Below, piece by piece: positions 57,877 through 64,000 of a stretch of DNA of 64,000 nt; position 1 is the stretch's first letter; each line of letters begins with the position of its first letter. This stretch comes from Gemmatimonadales bacterium (lineage in GTDB: Bacteria > Gemmatimonadota > Gemmatimonadetes > Gemmatimonadales > GWC2-71-9), in NCBI GenBank assembly GCA_041577295.1, contig JBFGJG010000002.1, positions 96,001 through 160,000 on the forward strand. The letters run 5' to 3'. Made by a program: the position numbers and the translations under genes. The notes beneath the pieces were generated by a model that ran no database searches, had not been told where the DNA came from, and saw nothing but the letters and a program-made list of their open reading frames with translations.

Positions 57877-58611
57877 TCAGCTGCCAGTGACGGTACCGGT
57901 GAACTCTCTGGTTCCTGCCCGGGTTGTCGCTCCTCCGCTTGGCGCTCGAATGTTCCATTTGTAGCCGATCCAGATCAGCGCGATTCCGATGAGCTCCATG
58001 ACATAGAGCACCTCGGTGTGCCCCATCCTCGTCGCGGCGCCGCCGATTCCGGGCAAGAGCGCCCCAACGGCAATAAAGGTGTTCCCGATGAATCGGTGAT
58101 AGGTGTCCCGGCTCTTGCTGTAGCGATAGGCGGAGAGCGCCGCGCCTCCCACCAGGAACACGAGCGCGTACGTGTTCACAAATGGGCTGAAGAGACGGAC
58201 CCACCACCACCGCATCACGCTGCCTGTCAAACGATGCGTTTCGACGAGTGTGTAGTCGATTGGTGTGAGGATCACGAACATCGCCGCGACGAATACGAAC
58301 GGGACCAAGAGCAGCGTCAGCCGATGCGCCGTTCGGCGCGCCAGCAGGAGATACACCGTTCCCTGTGCCAGCGGAGCTCCTCCGAGCAACGCGCCGGAGA
58401 TATACCAGCTGCGGAACAGCCCTTCGCTCCACCCAAACAACGTGACCAAAGACTCCGTGAGCGTGCCGATTCCGTAGATGAATACGCCAGCGGCCCACCA
58501 CATCAGATGCGGCCCGGTACGTCGCACTCGATAGCGCTTGAGAATCACCCACGCGAATGCGAAGGCGATGACCGTCGTGGCGATGGGGATGAAGTGAATG
58601 GGCGTTCGCAT
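57877..58611 (-). CDS. Hypothetical polytopic membrane protein (about seven TMs)
   Basis: Repeated hydrophobic helices with an RY...PHLMWW motif. Confidence 0.75.
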   Translation of the reverse strand: MRTPIHFIPIATTVIAFAFAWVILKRYRVRRTGPHLMWWAAGVFIYGIGTLTESLVTLFGWSEGLFRSWYISGALLGGAPLAQGTVYLLLARRTAHRLTLLLVPFVFVAAMFVILTPIDYTLVETHRLTGSVMRWWWVRLFSPFVNTYALVFLVGGAALSAYRYSKSRDTYHRFIGNTFIAVGALLPGIGGAATRMGHTEVLYVMELIGIALIWIGYKWNIRAPSGGATTRAGTREFTGTVTGS

Positions 58612-58700
58612 CTTCAGTCGGACCAAATGGGGAACGACGCGGCCCTCCCCCTCCGCTACGGAAGGAGAAAGTTTGCTGCGCGCAGAGCGAATGCGTAAGA

Positions 58701-58762
58701 GGCCGCGAGGTTCGTCGTTACGCCATGCGGATTGCCGGCGGATCGACGGTCACCTCGCGGCC
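58701..58762 (-). terminator. Long imperfect hairpin downstream of the TonB-dependent receptor
   Basis: GGCCGCGAGGT/ACCTCGCGGCC outer stem with inner CGTCG/CGACG and CGCC/GGCG pairs. No clear U-tract. Confidence 0.45.
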
Positions 58763-58771
58763 CCCGGTACT

Positions 58772-60988
58772 CTAGAAGCTCATATCCCACGTCAGCGTGA
58801 CGCTTCTGCCGGGCTGCGGGCGGAAGAAGCTTGCGTTGGCAAACTCCGCATAGAGCTCATTGGTGAGATTGTCGATCACGACCAGCAGGCGATGCACGTG
58901 CGGGCCGCGCCGGAAAACCGTGACGCCGCCCCGGATCGCATGAACCGTGAACGCCGGCAGAATCGGGCCCACGGGATTGTCGATTACTAGGTCAACGTCC
59001 TTACGATCTCCGTTGTGACGGAACGCATACTCGACCCAGAACCGGTCCGTGGGGAAGGTGTACCGGGCACGACCCGTGAGCTTCTCATCGAAGGAGTCGC
59101 CCACCGGGTTGTTTTCATCGAGGACGTTCTTCGAGTCCTGATGGGTATAACTACCGCCGAGGGATACGCCCGCCGGCAGGTTTACGTCGCCCCGCAACTC
59201 GACTCCCCAGAACCGGAGCTTGTCGACGTTCACGTTCTGGAACATCGGTTGTCCTTGGGTCGTCGTATCACCGGTCGGGGAGATGCGGATCCCGTTGTGG
59301 ATCTCATTGCGAAAGACGAAACCTTCGAGATCGAGCACCTGGTTTCGGTAGCGTAGTCCAAAGTCGAGATTGAAGCTCGTCTCGGGTTCGAGTGCCGGAT
59401 TCGCCACCTGAAAGGCCTGGCCCTCAGGCGTCGGGCCGTTGAAGAAGCGCTCAACCAAATTGGGCGCGCGAAACGCACGGCCGACCGAGGCGACCGCTGC
59501 CAAATAGTCGGTGAGCTGGTAGAGGCCATTGGCGGAGGCGACCAGAGTACGGTCCGTATCAGACAATCCAGGGTCACCCAGCCCAGCCGTTTGATCGGTC
59601 TCGGCATGAACGTCCTGATAGCGAGCACCCAGCACCAGCGTGGCACGATCGGTCAACTGCATGTCTCCCTGCACGAAGACCCCGACGCTGCGGAGGCTGG
59701 CATTGGGAACTGGTGGCGTTGTGACCGGTGGAATCGGAGGCCCGGGCACACCGGGAATCCGAACTTCGACGATGCTGGAATCGGAATTGTTGGAGTCGTC
59801 GTGGAAGAAATCGGCGCCGTACGTCACCATCACACGGCCACCGACCAACTTGCTGGCCTCGATTCTCGAGCCAACGGTGGTCACGTCGGTGAAGTTGCTG
59901 GAGAACTGCCGGATATCGCCCACGACGTTGGGGCCAAAGGGAATCCCGGATACCAGCACGTCGAGATTGAACCGTCGATCGTTGTCCTGGAAGTACCCCA
60001 CGACGTCCAGCTTGTCGGCTACGGCCGACTGCAAGTTGGATGCGTGATATCCAAGGGACACTTTGTCGAACCGCTGGAAGGGATAGTCGATGCTAATCGA
60101 TGGCAGATCGGGTGCATACACTTCCGGATCGACGAAACCAAATCCGGTGGTGTCCGCCCGATACCCTTCGTATTTCGCGAAGATCTCGTGGCCAGCACCG
60201 ATTTCGTAACCGACGCGTGCGCCAAAGCTCTCATCTTGGACGCCGGTGCCGAATACGGGCGTCTTGGCATCCAGCGTAACGTTGCCAAACGAACCAGCCG
60301 GCGCGTCGTACGGACCTGCGTCACGATACGTGCCGGTGCCCCGGAACGACAGCTTGCCGTACCGGCCGGAGATACTCGCTGTGACCTTGTTCTGCGAATC
60401 GTGGGAGCTGAACCGATAGCTGGCGGTGCCGTGCAGTCCCTCTTGCTGTGGCGTCCGGGTGATGATGTTCACCACCCCACCGATGGCGTCGCTACCGTAC
60501 AGCACCGACGCCGGCCCGCGAACCACTTCCACCCGTTCAACACTCGTTACGTCCACGAGGGCGGGAATTTCACCGAAGTCTTGTTGGCGGCGTGAATTGT
60601 TGAGACGCATGCCGTCCTCGAGAACGAGGATGCGCTGACCGCGCTGACCACGAATGATCGGCCGAACCTGCGTGACGCCAACCCCTGCGACGTCGAGACC
60701 GGGGAGGTCTCGGAACAGATCGCTCACGTTGTTTGGCATCCGCTCGGCAATGCGGAGTTGATCGAGGACGCTTACTGGATTCGGTGTGATGAAAACATCC
60801 TTTGCGGTACGTGTCGCGGTGATGGTCAGGGGACCAAGCGTCACGGTGTCGCGAGGTTGCTGATCGCCAGTTGCCTGCGCGCGAAGAGCCGTGGGAAGAA
60901 GTACGTTCGCCGTCGAGGCGAACAGCAGAACAGCAAAAGCGAGCCAGACCATGCTCGCGGGCTTGGATACTGATTGTGCGGTAAGCAT
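58772..60988 (-). CDS. TonB-dependent receptor (heme/siderophore-receptor-like)
   Basis: Signal peptide, TITATR, plug VEVVRGPASVLYGSDAIGGVVN, FRAP...NPALEPE, and C-terminal Phe. Confidence 0.93.
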   Translation of the reverse strand: MLTAQSVSKPASMVWLAFAVLLFASTANVLLPTALRAQATGDQQPRDTVTLGPLTITATRTAKDVFITPNPVSVLDQLRIAERMPNNVSDLFRDLPGLDVAGVGVTQVRPIIRGQRGQRILVLEDGMRLNNSRRQQDFGEIPALVDVTSVERVEVVRGPASVLYGSDAIGGVVNIITRTPQQEGLHGTASYRFSSHDSQNKVTASISGRYGKLSFRGTGTYRDAGPYDAPAGSFGNVTLDAKTPVFGTGVQDESFGARVGYEIGAGHEIFAKYEGYRADTTGFGFVDPEVYAPDLPSISIDYPFQRFDKVSLGYHASNLQSAVADKLDVVGYFQDNDRRFNLDVLVSGIPFGPNVVGDIRQFSSNFTDVTTVGSRIEASKLVGGRVMVTYGADFFHDDSNNSDSSIVEVRIPGVPGPPIPPVTTPPVPNASLRSVGVFVQGDMQLTDRATLVLGARYQDVHAETDQTAGLGDPGLSDTDRTLVASANGLYQLTDYLAAVASVGRAFRAPNLVERFFNGPTPEGQAFQVANPALEPETSFNLDFGLRYRNQVLDLEGFVFRNEIHNGIRISPTGDTTTQGQPMFQNVNVDKLRFWGVELRGDVNLPAGVSLGGSYTHQDSKNVLDENNPVGDSFDEKLTGRARYTFPTDRFWVEYAFRHNGDRKDVDLVIDNPVGPILPAFTVHAIRGGVTVFRRGPHVHRLLVVIDNLTNELYAEFANASFFRPQPGRSVTLTWDMSF

Positions 60989-61150
60989 TGAAGGCGCTCC
61001 GGTCGAGGAAATACGAACCGGGGGGGGACGCAGAATTCGTGGCGGGGTGCCACCCAGCTAGCGGTTCGTCGAGCCGTCGAACGGTCTTAGGTTACTTCAG
61101 TTCAGCCACTTGTGGTATTCGGTCTGCTACGGATCGACGGCACCGAATTA

Positions 61151-61831
61151 CTACGGTGGTGGGGGAAACGGACTGTCGAGCACCCCCATTTCCATCGCGA
61201 ATCGTGTGAGACCCGCAATCGTGCGGATCCCCAGCTTGCGCATCAGATTCTCGCGATACGACTCGACCGTTCGATGACTGATCCCCAACTCGCTCGCGAT
61301 CTCCTTGTTGGTGCGACCCTCGGCGACCCGGCGGAGCACCTCCCGTTCTCGCGGCGTCAACTCCGCCAACCGCCCTTGCTGTTCCTCGCGGGTGGCTTCC
61401 TGTCTCAGCCCTTCGCCGAGTTGCTTGGCGACGGCTGGACTGAAGAACGAGTCCCCGCGGTATACTGCCCGTACCGCCTCGCGCACCTCGGCAGGGCGGG
61501 CGTCTTTCAGTACATAGCCATCCGCGCCTGCCCGCACAGCCTCAGTCACGTACTGTGGATGGTCGTGCATGCTGAGGATGAGGACGCGAATCTCGGGATG
61601 CTGCGTCCTGAGCATCGGAAGTAGCTCCAGACCCGAGGCGCCCGGCATCGTGATATCCAATACGATCACATGAGGACGATGCTCACCCGTGAGCCGCAGA
61701 ACGTCCGAGCCATCCGTCACTTCGGCGACCACTTCAAAACCGGCAGCGCCTGACAACACGTGCCGGATGCCCTCGCGGACGACCGCATGGTCGTCCGCGA
61801 CGAGAACTCGGATCGGCTCGCCAGTACTCAT
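61151..61831 (-). CDS. NarL/LuxR-family response regulator
   Basis: REC plus LTPREREVL...ISHRTVE HTH. Confidence 0.95.
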   Translation of the reverse strand: MSTGEPIRVLVADDHAVVREGIRHVLSGAAGFEVVAEVTDGSDVLRLTGEHRPHVIVLDITMPGASGLELLPMLRTQHPEIRVLILSMHDHPQYVTEAVRAGADGYVLKDARPAEVREAVRAVYRGDSFFSPAVAKQLGEGLRQEATREEQQGRLAELTPREREVLRRVAEGRTNKEIASELGISHRTVESYRENLMRKLGIRTIAGLTRFAMEMGVLDSPFPPPP

Positions 61832-63642
61832 TCCGAAGACGAAGAAGTTATGGGTGTGGTCACCACGAGCCTCGCACCGCCACCAGGGGCTGACGTAAGG
61901 GAGACCGTTCCACCTAACACCGTGATACGCTCACGCATCCATGGTAGACCCATGTGTCCCTTACGCTCCAACGTGAGCAGCTCGGCATCCGGCGGTGGGC
62001 CACGTCCATCGTCATCGATGGTCACTGTGAGCCTATCTTCTGTCGCCGTGACCCGTACCTCAACCAGCTGCGCTTCTGCGTGGCGTGCCACGTTCGCCAG
62101 CCCTTCTTGGAGCGCGCGAAACAATGCCAACTCGGCATCATCGGTGAGCCCGGGCAGGGTGCTCGGCGCTTCGAATTGCACTTTCACACCGCTTCGGGCA
62201 CGAAAATCGTGCACGAGCGCGCGCATGGCCGGAAGGAGTCCCAAGTCGTCGAGCAGCGATGGACGCAGATCGTTGAGAACGTTGCGAATCCCTTGAATCC
62301 CTGTGTCCATCAACCCCATGGCGTGATCGAGACGATTTGCAAGCTCGCGATCAGCGGTCTCGCGCATGACGCCCAGCTGTAGTTGAACGGCCGAGAGAAC
62401 CTGCGCGGTTTCATCGTGTAGCTCGCGAGACAGGCGTTGGCGTTCACCCTCGTGTTGTCGCACCATCCGCGTTGCAAGGCGCTCGAGCTCCTCACGCCGA
62501 GCCTCGAGTCGCCGATAGAGATCCGCACCCTCGAGGGCAGCCCCTACCTGCTGCCCCAACGTGACGAGGAACCGCGTGTCCAACGCCGCAAAGGGATCGC
62601 GCGCATCCCCAACGATCAACAGCGCGCCGCTCACCTTCGCCTCGCGGAAGATTGGCAGCGCCGCGGCGTACGCGAATGCAATATCTCGATCCCGTTCACT
62701 CGTGCGACCGTCTCGGACAATCTCAGGCGCGCCAGAACCTATGGCACGCGTGATGGCGGAAAGTGCCGAGCCATGGGGCACCTGCCCTGCCCACCCACTG
62801 CACACACCTGCTGCGGCCACGAACACCCCGCCGTCTCGCTCCACCACGTACATCGCACTGCCGCGCACACCGGGCAAGCCCAGCGGCCGTTCGACCAAGC
62901 GACGAAGCACGTCGGGGCGCTGTTCCCGCCCGCCGTGCTGAAGATCTCCCGAGAGCGCGGAAAGCGTGCTGAGCGCGCGATGCTGGTCCTCCAGTACTAG
63001 CAGCAGAATTCCGGCGCCCATCGCGAGGACGAAAATCAGATCCAAATAGTATCCCCAAGGGACCCAGGCCCCCCGCGCCCGGAGAAACGGGTAGTCGAGG
63101 TGGTGCAGTCCCCACAGCAGGAGGGCGACACCGAGCAAGGCGGCCGCTGGAGAGCCAACCTGCCGGTGATAGCGGTAGAACACCCAAGCGGTCCAGATCG
63201 TCGCCGCGCTGAGGAAGAGCACCGCGGGTCCCGCCGCAAGGAGAAAGTTGTCGAGCCGGTAAATCGCGACGTAGGACCACACCACCGGGAACAGCACTGC
63301 AACGAGGTATTCCCACTTGAACCGTATCTGCTGAGAGAAAACCAGCGCGGCCCATAACACCCCTAGGGCGGTCCAACCGGTTGCCACCTGATGCCAATAG
63401 AGCCAAACCCGATTGGCGGATTCGAGAAAGCTGATGATCGCACCGAGACGGAGGGCGTACAGCGTCCACGCGACGCTCCACCACGCGAAGTACGGCTTGC
63501 CATAACGCCGAAAGAGAAACACGCACAGCAGCGCCAGGGCCAGCGTGACCCCACCCTGAAGGAAGGCCGCCGCCAGCTCGGAGGCATCGGCGACACGGGC
63601 GCCTAACTCCATATCTTGGAGCTTGTTAGAGACCGCAAACAT
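61828..63642 (-). CDS. Multi-TM + GAF sensor histidine kinase (HisKA_3)
   Basis: About seven N-terminal TMs, a GAF-like region, RELHDETAQ, QEGLANV and DDGRG motifs. Confidence 0.9.
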   Translation of the reverse strand: MFAVSNKLQDMELGARVADASELAAAFLQGGVTLALALLCVFLFRRYGKPYFAWWSVAWTLYALRLGAIISFLESANRVWLYWHQVATGWTALGVLWAALVFSQQIRFKWEYLVAVLFPVVWSYVAIYRLDNFLLAAGPAVLFLSAATIWTAWVFYRYHRQVGSPAAALLGVALLLWGLHHLDYPFLRARGAWVPWGYYLDLIFVLAMGAGILLLVLEDQHRALSTLSALSGDLQHGGREQRPDVLRRLVERPLGLPGVRGSAMYVVERDGGVFVAAAGVCSGWAGQVPHGSALSAITRAIGSGAPEIVRDGRTSERDRDIAFAYAAALPIFREAKVSGALLIVGDARDPFAALDTRFLVTLGQQVGAALEGADLYRRLEARREELERLATRMVRQHEGERQRLSRELHDETAQVLSAVQLQLGVMRETADRELANRLDHAMGLMDTGIQGIRNVLNDLRPSLLDDLGLLPAMRALVHDFRARSGVKVQFEAPSTLPGLTDDAELALFRALQEGLANVARHAEAQLVEVRVTATEDRLTVTIDDDGRGPPPDAELLTLERKGHMGLPWMRERITVLGGTVSLTSAPGGGARLVVTTPITSSSSE

Positions 63643-63755
63643 GTAAGCTGCTTAAAGGAAGCGACGGATCAGGCGTGACGCAATGGAAGATGGCGGTGCT
63701 CGCCACCTAACCCTAGGCCGTTGGTCACGCCCCGTCCGCGCACTTTCGCCAGCGA

Positions 63756-64000
63756 TCAGCTGTCGTAATACAGGAAGAACTCGTGCGGATGCGGCCGCAG
63801 TAGAATAGGATCGACTTCGTTCTCCATCTTGTAGTCGATCCACGTCTCGATCAGGTCGTCGGTGAACACGTCTCCCTTGGTGAGAAACGCGTGATCTTCC
63901 CGGAGCGCAGCGAGCGCCTCTGGTAACGATCCCGGTGTGTGGCGATAGGCTGCCAGCTCGTCGGGTGTCATCTCGTAAATATCACGGTCGAGCGGCTCGC
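63756..64000 (-). CDS. glnA: Glutamine synthetase type I, second copy (3' end only)
   Basis: [10 protein letters not shown]...PGSL...DHAFL...VFT...[11 protein letters not shown]. The frame continues past the window edge. Confidence 0.9.
   Translation of the reverse strand, partial: EPLDRDIYEMTPDELAAYRHTPGSLPEALAALREDHAFLTKGDVFTDDLIETWIDYKMENEVDPILLRPHPHEFFLYYDS

Noticed and set aside
60989..61150. Cobalamin riboswitch or Fur box upstream of the TonB-dependent receptor
   Set aside because: No B12-box or GCCACTG-type core on the coding strand, and no AT-rich Fur-like palindrome.
1..64000. CRISPR arrays, tRNA/rRNA genes, IS elements, integrases, prophage
   Set aside because: No spaced identical repeats, cloverleaf-like genes, or transposase, integrase or phage motifs were seen.

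Overview
GC-rich, gene-dense bacterial chromosomal window. The clade II nosZ, ba3 oxidase, S46 peptidase and many Sec/lipoprotein signals suggest Gemmatimonadota, but that assignment is inference only. Contents from left to right: (1) a signalling array of two PAS hybrid kinases, an HD-GYP regulator, a REC protein and a GAF kinase/NarL pair; (2) a low-oxygen/stress block (M50-CBS protease, Hsp20, USP, CBS protein, ba3-type oxidase cbaDBA, two ZIP transporters) beside a DosS/DosT-like GAF kinase, an OmpR regulator and a second kinase; (3) cytochromes c, a porin and a clade II N2O reductase cluster nosZ-B-D-F-Y; (4) an S46 peptidase and an uncharacterised operon of a CxxC/Pro-tail leader, a His-repeat protein and an outer-membrane protein; (5) a glnA with a sigma54 promoter, xth, and a complete tryptophan/kynurenine catabolic cluster; (6) a second dormancy-type block (dodecin, P-type ATPase, CaCA antiporter, HPF-CSD, PRTase, USP, hemerythrin) plus a class II glutamine amidotransferase and a PGM1-like ATP-grasp ligase; (7) a D-aminoacylase, a TonB-dependent receptor, a NarL two-component pair and the 3' end of a second glnA. 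The best candidates for new biology are a DosR-like hypoxia regulon apparently run by a heme-GAF kinase and an OmpR-family regulator through recurring 11-bp-period TTCAC repeats, and a CutF/CruR-like, possibly copper-responsive, leader-controlled operon. No tRNA, rRNA, CRISPR array or transposase was seen. All calls come from reading motifs by eye; no searches were run.
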